A DNA stretch of 64,000 nucleotides, taken from Ptychomitrium polyphyllum. Taxonomy: Eukaryota. Under the pieces are notes generated by a model. The model saw only the letters and a list, made by a program, of their open reading frames with translations. It searched no databases and had not been told where the DNA came from. The position numbers and the translations under genes were made by a program. Position 1 is the stretch's first letter, and each line of letters starts with the position of its first letter. Positions 12,472-24,699 of this stretch are shown piece after piece. Location of the stretch: the NCBI GenBank assembly GCA_973851085.1, contig OZ316775.1, forward strand, positions 21,886,001 to 21,950,000, given 5' to 3'.

Positions 12472-13113
12472 CATGAATTCAAAAATATTCTTCCAAAGGT
12501 TAAATAATGTTAATTTTTTTCAAAATGTTAATTTTACTAGTACTTTGTGAGTTTTATGATTAAATAACATATTTATTATTGGCAAATCATATTTTGAAAT
12601 ATTCCACACTATCCACATTTTGCACTTAAATCTTGTTTGTCATAATTGTGGACCATCAAATTGGCCATAGCTTTTATTTTCATTGGTTTTGGTCTTTCAT
12701 TCTAAAACTGATTATAGATAGATATAACTTCAATGAGTTTTTTATAACATTCAATCTAATTGAATATTTTGGATGAAATGAAATTTTGACAAAAAATTTT
12801 AATGAATTTTTTTTATGAATGCATTAGTTTATAATACAAAAATATTATAAGCTCATCCACTTCCATATATACATGAAATTTTTTAGCCAAACAACTTCAT
12901 AGCAAAGAAAAAAATGTTGCACAACTTTGAAAGTACCATAATTAATTGAAATATGAGAATTATTTGGTGAAATTTGAACATATACTATGTAAGGTCCATT
13001 GTACATGTATGTTTTATTGTACACCATGATGAATAATGTCAAAAAAATATTTTATTTTTTCAAAGGCAATATATTAATTTATATCAACTTAATGTCAACC
13101 TAATATAAGGCAA

Positions 13114-13194
13114 CTAGGGTTTGGTGTGGTGGCTAGGATTAGAGCAGCCGTTAAGATGGCGGTTAAGGCTTGACCGCCCTTGAGTGTCTTTCCA
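13114..13194 (+). repeat. Inverted fragment of the copia LTR
   Basis: Reverse complement AAAGACACTCAAGGGCGGTCAAGCCTTAACCGCCA resembles 19711-19765 (AAAAGCACACTCAAAGGCAGCCAAGCCTTAGCCGCCA). Confidence 0.6.
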
Positions 13195-14551
13195 ATACAT
13201 GATGGGCGTTGCATCCACTTGTACAAGTCCAATGTCCTCCAAGAGTTGCCTCAACCACACTGCCTCCATTGCACCATGACTTGTCGCCATATACTCCGCC
13301 TCCATGGTTGACCTTGCAATTTTGAGTTGCCTCTTGCAATTCCAAGAAATGGCTTCTACTCCAATAATGAACACATAGCCCGTTCTAGAGCGCTTGTCAT
13401 TGGCATCTCTAACCTAATCCGCATTACAAAACCCCTACAATTCAATATTATCACCTCCCAAACATAATATAAACTCCAAGATGCCGTTCAAGTACTTCAT
13501 GATCCTCTTGATGATTGCCTAATGCATAGAGCCGGCCCTTGACATGTGTTAGTTCACAACACTCATCAAAAACACAAGATCAAACCTTGTATCCACCATG
13601 GTATATATGAGGCACTTTACTCTTGCCTAGTATAGAAAGCCTTGCATTTCACCCTCTACTTGAGCATTCTCCTCATCACTTAGCTTCATCAACCTCAAGT
13701 TAGCCTCCAAGGGCGTTCCCACTACCTTGCACTCTTCCATCTTAAATCGCTTCAACACCTCCTCAATGTACTTCCTCTGGCTCATGGTGATGGTCCTCTT
13801 TGCACAATCCCTCACAAATTCCACTCTAAGGCAATAATGTAATTCGCCCAAATCACTCATTTCAAACTCTTGCTCTAGTTTGGCCTTCAATCCTTTTAGC
13901 ATCTTCAAAAGTTGGCCAATGATCAAGTCATCCACATACAAAATCACAATCAATAAGAACTCCATGGTTTGTATCACATACAAAGAATGATCAGCCTTAT
14001 TTTTCATGAATCATCCTTCCTAAAAAATGCATCGATGCGTTGTTACCATGCCCTTGGTGATTAGCTAAGCCCATACAACGCTTTCTTCAATGTGCAAACA
14101 AGGTGTTCTAAGCCTTCATACATGAATCTTATAGAATGCTCCATATAGATGTCTTCTTCCAACTCTCCATTCAAGAAGGCTGTCTTTACATCCATCTAAT
14201 AGATCTCCAAGTCCATTGCCGCCGCTATGGCCAAGATGGTCTTAATGGTGGTGAACTTGACTACATGTGCAAATATCTCATTGAAGTCCACACTAGCAAT
14301 TTGTGAATATCCTTTGGCAGCTAATCTTGCCTTGTGCCTGTCAATTGCACCCGAAGCATCCCTCTAGCTCCTAAATATCCACTTGCAACCTATGGAAGAA
14401 CAATTTGGAGGAAGGTAAGTCAAGTCCCATGTACCATTGTCCATAAGTGACTTATACTATTTTTCCATGGCCTTCCCTTACTTCATACCATCTATGGACT
14501 TCAAGGAATTGCACATAATCAAAAGATCAACAAAGAGGGCAACATTGGTAT

Positions 14552-15093
14552 TGTCACGGTCATAAATCATGCAACATAGTCTTTAAAACCTTCTAAAACC
14601 TTCTAGTATATTATAGTAGCTTTTCAAAATACTTTCAAATGTCTCCATAGCCGTTTCTAAGTGTTTAGGAAATTTCCTAGAATAGTTCCACTACCTCAAG
14701 AAACTTCTTAGGAAGGTTCTAGTTTCTTTAAGAAACTTCCTAAGAAGGTTCCACCACCTTAGAAAATTCCCAAAGAAGCTTCCAATTCCTTGGAAGCTTC
14801 TTAAGAAGGTTCCAACATCTTAGGAAACTTTTTGGGAAGGTTCTTTAGACTTCTAGAACATTCTTAAGCCTTGTAGGAAGCTTCTTTAGAAGTATCCTAG
14901 GAGATACAAGCGTCATAGTATAAATAAGAAGAAAGACAAGGTATTCCTTAATCTTGCCAACACAAGTTGTGGATCTTCTTGTATCTTACCTTGTTCTAGT
15001 CTTCGTATCAAGTTCTTGTTAATCATTAGCTCTTTGGAAGCTAATTCTTAGAAAACACTTCGTTTCTATTTCTTATTTTTTGTGTTTCTAACA
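14552..15093 (+). mobile_element. Solo LTR of chromovirus family B inserted into the copia element in opposite orientation
   Basis: Reverse complement of the family B LTR; TGTCACGG...CTAACA; flanks GGTAT/ATTAT form a decayed TSD. Confidence 0.85.
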
Positions 15094-17617
15094 ATTATGT
15101 TGAGCATTCACTTTGGAAGAGATGCGATTCTTCCACTATTCACCATGTGGCCTCCTCTCCCTCATGGGATACCTCCTACCACTCATTGCAGGCTTCTCTT
15201 CTTGTAATACATCAACTTCCTCTTCACTTGTAGGTTGTTCCTCGTCACTTGGAGGAACATGTTCACCATCATCTTGTGAGGCTCCTCTACTAGTCTTAAG
15301 GATAGAGGTTGCTTTCTTCTTCCCATCCCTTGGTCCTTCATTTCTATCCACACTTCCACCTTTTTCTTTTGCTGAAGTAGATGATGTGTCCTTAATCACA
15401 CCATTACTCCCACATGGACACATTCCCAAGTGCTCACAAGCACTTTTGTATTCTAAGAACTCAACATCACAACTCTTGATGATCTTCTTGCTCTCCACAC
15501 ACATTAGCCTATACACCTTGCTACCTTCACAATAACCAAAAAACACACACTTTGTACCCTTTGTATCAAGCTTGGACCTCATGCAATTGGGAACCTTTCC
15601 ATATGCAAGGCATCCAAAGGTCCTCATGTGTGAAATATAAGGCTTTTTACCACTCCAAGCTTCTTCAAGGGTCATGGATGCAAGAATACTTGTGGAGCAC
15701 TTATTTCTTGTATACACCGCATTCACCACTGCTTCCACCTACAATTTAGGCCCAAGATGTTGAACAGGAAGCATAATCTTAGCCATCTCCACAATAGTGC
15801 AGTTTTTCTTCTCAGCAATTCCATTTTGTTGTGGAGTGTATAGAGTGGAGGTTTCCTTTGCAATGATTTTACCCTCAAAAAGTCATCAAAATGCTTGAAA
15901 AAGAACTCACCACCATCATTTGAGCACAATACCTTGATTTTGGAATTACATTGCTTCTCTACAAGCGTTTTGAACTCCTTGAACCTTGCAAAGCACTCAC
16001 TCTTGGCTTTGAGTATGAACATCCACACTTTCATCAAAAAAACATCAACGAAGGTGACAAAATACCTTGCACCTTCCATAGATGGAGTCCTTATCAGCCT
16101 ACACACGTCCAAATGCACAATCTCTAGGAATGTGCTTGCACTAATTGCCACTCCACTTGGAAATGAAGCACTTTGTTGTTTGTTTTGGATGCAATCCTTA
16201 CAAGCAAAGTCCTTGGATTTGTGGCATATTGTACTAAGATCCAAACTACTTACCATGCCTTGGAGCTCCTTCATGGCCTTTTCATTTATGTATCCAAGGC
16301 GGTGATGCTGAATGCCAAACTTGTCTTCATCTTGATTGAATTCAGTAAAGGCTGCTATCTCCAGTCCATTCACCTTCTTGCACTTGATGAAGTAAAAGTT
16401 GCCATCTCTCAAGTCCGTGGTAACAACTTTTCTGCCTAATGACTTCACAACACATCCATTCACATTAAAATGAGCTACAAATTCTCCCATTACAAGTTTT
16501 CTCACGGAGAGGAGGTTGAACTTCATCTTTGGCACATAGAGCACATCTTTGAAGGTGATCCTTTTGGTATTGCTTCCTACAACAACCTCCAATACAATGG
16601 ACCCCACTCCAATGGCTTCCACCATGCCTTTGTCATCCATAAGCACACTAGTGACTAAAATGGCCTCATAAGTGTGAAATGAGCACTTGTATGGCATCAT
16701 GTACTTTGTGGCGCCCAAATCAAGTATCCTTTTGAATAAGGCACCTATGGGCGGCCCTTCTCTTGCCATGAAGGCACAATCACCACCTCCAAGGTGATCC
16801 ATCACATGGTTGGCATCCTCCCTCTCTCTTTTCTTAGCTTTGTAGCAATTTTGAGCAAAGTGACCTAATTTATTACAAACAAAGCATATTCTAAGGCTTG
16901 GATGTTGGTTAGAGTAGGTGGACTTACCTTGCCTCGAGAAGAGGGCCAAGTTTTCACTTGAGTTCCCTTCTCCTTCTTTTTGGTCTTCTTGTGGCTCCAT
17001 CTTGCCGTCATATAGTCCATGGTGAGGTCCTTGATGGGAATGGACTCAAGGGCTACTATGAGATAACTATAGGACTCTTGCAAGTTCATTAGTAATGTAA
17101 TTACAACATCCCAATCCTCCAATGGCTTGTCTACAATGGCAAATTTCCTTATAAGGGCATTCAACTTGTTGACGTGCGCCATAAAGTCATGCCCTTCTTC
17201 CATCTTGCAATTCAAGAACTCCCTCCTTGTAAAGATGATGTTGAAGAGGTTCTTGCTCTCATAGATGTTGCAAAGAGTCTTCCACGCTTCTGTTTGTTCT
17301 TTGCAAGAGATGATGTGGGCAAAGCTGGCATCGTCAAGGTTGTTGGTAAGGATGCCAAAAGCCTTCTTCTCACGACGTTTGAACTCCTTCCTCTCTTTTG
17401 CACCCGCCAATAATGATAGAGCAACCTCACTCTCATTTATAATGTCCCAAAGATCCAAAGAAACCAACGAAAGCTCCATCCGAATTTTCCATTGGTAGAA
17501 GTTTTCACTATAAATTTTTTGAATGACCTTCAAACCTTCAATTTCATTCTAAGTCATGTTTAAACAACAAGTCTACTGCCAAATACACTCTTACTCAACT
17601 CTTATGCTTTTCACAAG

Positions 17618-19214
17618 TGTGAGCCAAAGAATCGGCTCAATTGATCAATTTTCATTAATTGTTAACTATTAGCATTAATTGCTAGGAAATAGACTTATAT
17701 TAGTAATAATTAGAATCATTCTTGTGACTAACTAAGCTTGAGGGTGATTAGGCTAATTAGGTCCATGGAAAATATCAAAAAATCACGGAAATTGCTATTT
17801 ATGGCAAAAAAATGAATTAGTGGTTAAATTTAATTAGTATTTTAGAATAATTAATCACTAGGGGTTACAATTAGATTAGCAAGTTGAACAAAGAGGTCCT
17901 AGAGGAATTTCCTCCAACTAAAGAACTAAAGAACACTTACTATAATCAAGTGCAAACAAAGTACAAATGAAAGATAAAAGATATTGCAAGTAGTTAGAAC
18001 TAAGTTAATAATAGGATACAAAAATTTAGTAATAAGTTGTATTTAGTTAGTGGAAACTTAGATGAGTTAGTTGAAGTCAATTGTAAATAAGTTGGAAAAT
18101 AAGTTAAGTTAGTATGACCATCCAAGTTAGTGCAAGGAGTTAGAAATGGTTGAAGTTGATTAGGAGCCCACCTTGTCATTGAAATGAGGCGGCTTAGTCT
18201 AAAACTAGGAGTTGGAGTCCAAAAATTAAGGCACAATGCTAAAACATAGAAAGGTGGCCGAGGGAGAAGGAGGAAGGAAGTAGGAAAAGAGAGTGAGGGT
18301 GAAAGTGGGGAATGCCAAAACTTTGACAAGGGTTTGCAAACAAATTGCATTAGTTATGATAATGGATTTTTGTAGGAAGAAGGCATAAGAAATAAGGATT
18401 GTATCAAGCTAAGGGTCTTCCAATTCCATTAAGGGACAAGGCGGTGGCGGCGTTTTTAGTGGAAGGAGGTTAGTTGCCGTCACAGCTCAAAATACTCGAA
18501 TTTAGAAGAGCAAATCATTGCGCATACAACTCCAAACAAAGCAAGAATTATTGGAGAGGGCAGATCAAATTTTGAAGACTTTATACACATCAAGATCACA
18601 AGATTTGGAGCTATAAAGCATGGCTGGCAGCCGATTTGGTGCTACAAGGTCTACAGTCAGCAATTTCATTTCACCTACTTAAGGTTGAAACTTGCCCTCA
18701 AATTTTGGTTTTTTTCTCTCTTTCTTTTAGAAATTAGGTTCTGAAATTTTAAAAGAAGTTAGATCTAATAGTTGCAGTTCTTTAGACATCAAAGTCATAA
18801 AATTTGAAGCTGTGAAGCGCCCATGGCATCCAATCTGGTGTGAGGGGATCGTATTGCCTTAAGCGGAAAGCATTGTGAGATTGATTAAGGTAATAGTTTG
18901 GTGGCTAGTGGTTTGGACCACTAAATAAAGGAAAACACCTTCTTAAATCAAGGCCAACCAACTCACTAAAGTCTTCTAAAATATCAAGTCATTAGAGTTG
19001 TAGTAAACAAGTAGTAATTTAGCACATAACTATCTTACTACATTTTTGGTTAAATATTCACTAATGTATAAGAAGACTTGAACAAGCATGAATTTGATTC
19101 TAATTTAATTAAATATGACCTTGGACTACAATGCAACTTAGATAACCATAGTCTAAATAGAACTGTGTGAACTAAATTGGCCTTTTGTATAGCGTGGGTT
19201 AATTTAGGCTCACA
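17618..19214. mobile_element. Solo LTR (family D, ~1.6 kb) inserted in the copia 5' leader
   Basis: Termini TGTGAGCC...GGCTCACA form a perfect 8-bp inverted repeat; perfect TSD ACAAG at 17613-17617 and 19215-19219. Confidence 0.85.
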
Positions 19215-19582
19215 ACAAGTCCTCACAACTTTGAATGTAAAGACAAGCCTTGCAATTCACTATCTCTACTAAATAAGCGCTCTTTTCTATAAGTTAACAA
19301 GACAACAATACCAAATCCAACAAGTTGCAATTAGAAATCTTGAAACCAACAAGAAAACTATCAAGGCCTTATCATCACCCAAAAAAACTCACTATCCAAG
19401 GAGCTTCAACATCTGCAGTTCTAAAAGAGCTCAAAACATCCAAACAAGCACCTATATGTGCTAAAACTCAAAGTTAGGGAATTCTAACTTTAACATTAAT
19501 AATTACCAATTAATCTTGTTCCACACAAGAACAACAATTATAAACACTTCAAGCTACTTCAATAAATACAACTAAGTGTAAG

Positions 19583-19595
19583 TGGGCCTATAACC
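19583..19595 (-). promoter_or_regulatory. Primer-binding site complementary to the internal (anticodon-arm) half of tRNAiMet
   Basis: Minus strand reads GGTTATAGGCCCA, one change from GGTTATGGGCCCA, directly abutting the copia 5' LTR. Confidence 0.7.
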
Positions 19596-20330
19596 TATTA
19601 AAGAAATGTAACAACACTAGTTCAACAAATAAGACGAGTGAACAAGGTTGCAAGAATAGAAGTGTGGAATAAGATAATTCTTATTTCTAATACAGTTTAT
19701 TTATATAGTAAAAAGCACACTCAAAGGCAGCCAAGCCTTAGCCGCCACCCTAGCCGCCACACCACACTCTAATTGCCTTTTTCTTAATCCTAGCCTGCAT
19801 ATCCTCTATGGCCTCTTCTTTAGCATCCTTTTTACCATTAGCAACTTATTATGATCAAGTATCATACAAAGAAAACATCAACTAGGATTACTTTATATGT
19901 TTCACTCTTTTCACCATAAGACACATTGAAAAACTAATTTTTACCTCAAAATTTTGTTTTAGAGTGTATTTTGACAAACTAATAAAGAACCTTTATGATG
20001 TTGGCTCTTTTAAATTTTGAAGGTCTTCAATACCAGGTGAGCTCTCTCAAGCTTATCCTTTATTCATCTTAGGTGCTCAAAGCTCTTCCAACTACTTCCT
20101 CAAAACCAAGAATACATTAATACATCTATACAGATTGTTGAAGATTATCATAAATAAAAAGAACACATTCTAGAAAGACAAGGTGAGGGAGTGCTACAAT
20201 ACAAATACTAACACCACACAGCTGGAATATTCACCAGTAATGAAATATTCTTGCAACGATTTTTAATTTAGAACAGATTATGAGGAATAGTGAGTAAAAA
20301 TTGTCATATTAACTGGCAATAATCGGTGTA

Positions 20331-20400
20331 GGGATCTCATCTGGGGTCTCATCTGGGGTCTCATCTGGGGTCTCATCTGGGGTCTCCTCTGGGGTCTCAT
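20331..20400. repeat. 12-bp tandem repeat (GGGGTCTCATCT) x ~5.8
   Basis: Directly visible; two substitutions across the array. Confidence 0.95.
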
Positions 20401-20739
20401 TCACGATACACCACATTCATACACCTCAGATGATTTAGCGGAGGGACTGAGTGGATTGGGAAGAATGCGAAGGCCTAGTGAATCATATTCAAAAGGGTCA
20501 CGGTACCAAAACAAAACATGGAAAGTCAAAGTGTACACATAACGTAGATACAGACTATCGCTTCTGCGGAGTGCGGGTTTCGTGTATTGGTATCTCCTAT
20601 CCACTCAAGAGTGGAACAAAGCTTGCAACTTTGAAGGCACTGACTGTTTTCTGCAGCAAGGATTGTAGCTGGTCGTAAAATTGCAGCTACAGGGCAGAAG
20701 CGGAGAGGTGGGGAGTGTTTGTTCCAGGCGGCAGGCGCG

Positions 20740-22127
20740 ATGGTCATGGCAGTGCAGTCCCCGCTTCACATCGACTCCTTGTCGAATGGCTTCCTGGGCA
20801 TGGGTCTCAACACCACACAACGCCCTGGCGTTCAGGTAATCCGTTACCTCAGAGTTTCGTCTGCCAATTCAGTGTCTCTTTCACAAGTCTCGAGTTTTGT
20901 GGTCCCGTGGAAGTTTCGTCAAGATGATGGTTCCAGTAGGCTTGCCGAGGTCTTTGGTGAGGTTTTGGATGCAATGTGGCGTTGTTGTGGATATGACACG
21001 GATTAGTAGCTAATAGTGTGTCTGGGGTTGGATTGCAGGCGTCTCCCAAGGTGAACACCAGCATTCGAATGGCGGTGAGTTTGAACATCTCGAACTCTGT
21101 CCCACTCTGTTAGTGTTTTAAGAGTAAAGGAGTGTTTTGACAATGAAGGTATTAGGGGATGAGTTGAGTTTGGCATTAAGGCGCTCTCCGTGGTGGAGGT
21201 GAATGTAGACTACATCGAGTAGGATTGGTTCTTCTGGGAGAAGACATGATGTTTCTGGAGTGGAATGTTTTTTGGTCACAATCTTCTATGTCAAAAGTTA
21301 TTTTAATGTCCCTCTGTGCATAGGGAACTTTTCTTGATTCGAATGTTTGAATTGCCTAGGTTTTAGTTTTCAAAATAATTTGGCATTGTGCAGGAAGAAG
21401 GAGAATCTCTCTGTTCTTTGTGCATTCTTTCAAAGAACTTCTTGCAGTTCTTTTCTGATTGAATTTTGGCCTTTAATGAGGACAGATTAAGCGATGGGAG
21501 AGGAAGGAAGTGAAAGAGAACAGTTTACCTGTAGTGGAGAAGTTGCATGTGAAGATTGGAGACACCGTAAAGGTGATAGCAGGCCATGACAAGGGAAAAG
21601 TTAGCACTATTACAAAACTGTATACGCACAACAGCAAAATCTTGCTCAAGGATGTGAATTTGAAGACCAAGCATGTGAAAGGCAAGGCTGAGGGCGAAAC
21701 CGGCCAAATTGTTCAGGTTCGTTGTCTCGCTAACCGAGTCTTTTTACAATCTCACAGTAATTTGAGTTGCCCGATAGTCTTTTAATTTCCTGTCGTGTAT
21801 TCCATTATAGCTTTCTCTTTGACTGCGTAAGAATTTGAGAATGAAATGATTGTTTTAAACTCGTAGCACCAAAGTCTTAATTTAGCACAGGGTCTTGATC
21901 TTGCTGCGAAATTCAAATGGCTTCACCTTATCTTGCAGGTGGAAGCTCCCATTCATAGTTCGAACGTTATGCTATACTCGAAAACCGCCAAGGTAGCTAG
22001 CAGGGTAGGGCACAAGATTCTTGAGGATGGGAGCAGGGTTAGATATTTGCTTAAAACTGGAGAGGTCATTGACAGTGCAGAAGAGTGGAAGAAAGTGCAC
22101 AAGAAGAAAGAAGAAAAGAAAGAGTAG
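20740..22127 (+). CDS. RPL24: Plastid 50S ribosomal protein L24 (uL24c) precursor; exons 20740-20835, 21039-21074, 21486-21716, 21939-22127 (~183 aa)
   Basis: [16 protein letters not shown] motif [32 protein letters not shown]; transit-peptide-like N-terminus; phase-0 GT-AG introns. Confidence 0.93.
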
Positions 22128-24699
22128 ATTTACAAAACATGATTTTGGTATCACCTATTTGCCGAATTTAAAGGTTCGAGCTACTTAGGTTCTTCAAGGT
22201 AGTTGGGTTCTTCTCATAATGTATTGTATCACAAGATATCTATCGATCCATTTCATAGTGCTTGTCATTTCATAGTATTTGTCCACACAGCAGGGTTGGT
22301 TTGATTGTCAAATTTTATCGAGGTTGTACCAGCATTTTGGTACTTACACTAGCAGGGGACACTTTTAAAGCATTTTCTTAAATGCCTTGGTTATCTTGTC
22401 CTGCAATTACTCGTCCTCTGCTCCAAGCATCAATGTGTTAAAACTTTTGTTTATCCATGTCTGACTTTTACTTAAGTGAGAAGTTGCATGACCCATAGCC
22501 ATGTGGTTTCCTTAACAAAGAGTTCTTATACTTGAGTAAGTCAACTACAGGTTGATTATTAAGGTGTTAAACTCGTGTTGCACACCATAATAATTGACAA
22601 ATTTTTAAACTATTGCAATAGTTTCATTTTTATTCCATAATCATGAATAAACAAGACATTAAACAAGGAAGCGCAACTTTTTCAAATGCTTATAATGCAC
22701 AAACCACTTGGAATTAAGAGATGAGCTTAAATCTTTTGAAATGATATCAAGATGGAGAATAAGGTAGAACGGTTGTTTTTTTTGGTTTAATAAAAAATTG
22801 TGTAAGATATTGAGGGTTGAAATCGAAGTTCTTTCATGCTTAATTTCTTTTATATTCATAATGGATGGCTTTAGGCTTGGAAGTCTTTCAAAAGATGTCT
22901 TATATGGAACTACATTTCTTTACAAAAATACTTCAATTCAACCTAATAAAGAAGATTTGGAAGATTAATGAGATTATTAGAAACTTAAAATAAAAATATA
23001 TTCAAGTTGCTAGTTAACTCATGGCCATTTTTACAACACATAGTTTGAATAAATTTGATTGTGTCAAGTACTTACAATGTTGATGCATTAGAAATTAACA
23101 TTTAATGAACTCACTTTGTATTTTGTTAAAACCTTCTAAGATGGTTTTATGATTTAATGACTTATCAACTACCTTTCAAAATTAGTTATATTTTTTAGCA
23201 TTGTATTCATATTGTACAACTTCAATATTGATTTGACTAAAAAATTTGAATTTATAAGGATATATTTTATTTTAGCACAACAAAATGTAATTTATAAATG
23301 TATTAAATGCATTCATTTTTAGGAAGTAATGCAAAAATATAAAACAAAACACAATAGATTATTTCCATCTTTTAAGCTTTATATTTCATATTGTAAAAAA
23401 TTCCTCTTCTTGATTTTATTAAAATTTGGATTTATAAAAGTGCAATAAGATTTAAAAGGCATTTTCCGCTTCCTTAAATCATGAAATGAAATCATTTTTT
23501 AGAGGTCAAAACAAAATAAAAGACAAATTCATTTTTAAAAATAACCTTATTGTATTTAAATTTGTTTAGAATTTGTTTGCATTCAAATTTTACAAAGAGA
23601 TTAAGAAATAATTAAATAAATTTATATTTGTATTAGGGAATAATTCAAATCTAAATTGAAATATTAACCATGCAATAGGAAAGAATAAAGTAATAACAAT
23701 AAAGATATAAATTAATCTTTATATATTCAAGGAATTAAATTAGCTCCAAGTTTTATACAATATTTATAAATTATATGTATTTTGTATCATTGGAGTTAAT
23801 TTATTCTTCCATCTTATTTTTTACTATTCCATATTTAATTCCATTAATATTGAATTAATTCATTTTTAAAATACACACAGGGATTAAATCATTCTTCTTT
23901 TATTCATTATTTATTACCTTGGTGCAAATAAAAAACAAGCATGAACATTAAGAACAATAGCAATATTAATTCTTAATTAAACCTATTCATTTTTTTATTA
24001 TTTTATTTGAATAAACAGTTTAATATTAAGTTATGTATGTAGCTCAAATTGATTATATATAATATTGAAGTTAATATAAAGCAATAAAAAACTAATTCTA
24101 ATGAATTATATTAAAGCAACCTTTAAATATAGAAAATTTCCATCACCTTTTAACATAAAAAATTCTAAATTTCTTTAGAATAAGTGGCTTTTCTTCTTAA
24201 AAAAAAAGATATTGTTTATAGACTTGAACCAAACATAAGTAGATAGGACAAAATAACATCCACTTATTGCAAAAATAATCATAAGATCTTGAAAAACCAA
24301 GTGTGCATGATTAAAGAATAAATTGAAAGTACATCAAAAACCATCAAGTATTAACTGGTCTTTAAATCAATGAAGAAGTGATGAAGGTTGCAAATATTGT
24401 AAATTATTATTTTTGTTAGGTTTGTGTTCAAATAATTAAAGAAATAAGAACATGTTAATTCAAAGATTGTTAATTCTAATTTTTTTTAATAATGTAATAA
24501 AAAATTTGAGAGCTAGTCTTTTTGTATGATTATTTAAATCATTGGTGGCTAATTCAATGAATTAGTGCTAGCATCTATAGTCTATGTTTGATTTATAATT
24601 CAAAAATGCTTAATCATGTACTTGTGTAATTCACATTCATCCAAATGTGTACTTTCTTGCTTCCTTTTGCATTTTTATCTATTTCTTTAGATAAAAAAT

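Larger units (their letters stand above)
13195..19845 (-). mobile_element. Degenerate Ty1/copia LTR retrotransposon, 3'-truncated; gag-pol ~17557 to 13195; 5' LTR from 19596 (right end approximate)
   Basis: Copia domain order: gag (NFYQWK, CFVCNKLGHFAQNC), protease (ILDLGAT), integrase (VHLDVC, NDGGEF), RT (LYVDDL), RNase H (STMEAEY). Many stops and frameshifts. Confidence 0.9.

Noticed and set aside
12600..12650. hAT-like IHILHLNLVC fragment
   Set aside because: Too short and degenerate; no TIRs or other transposase motifs.
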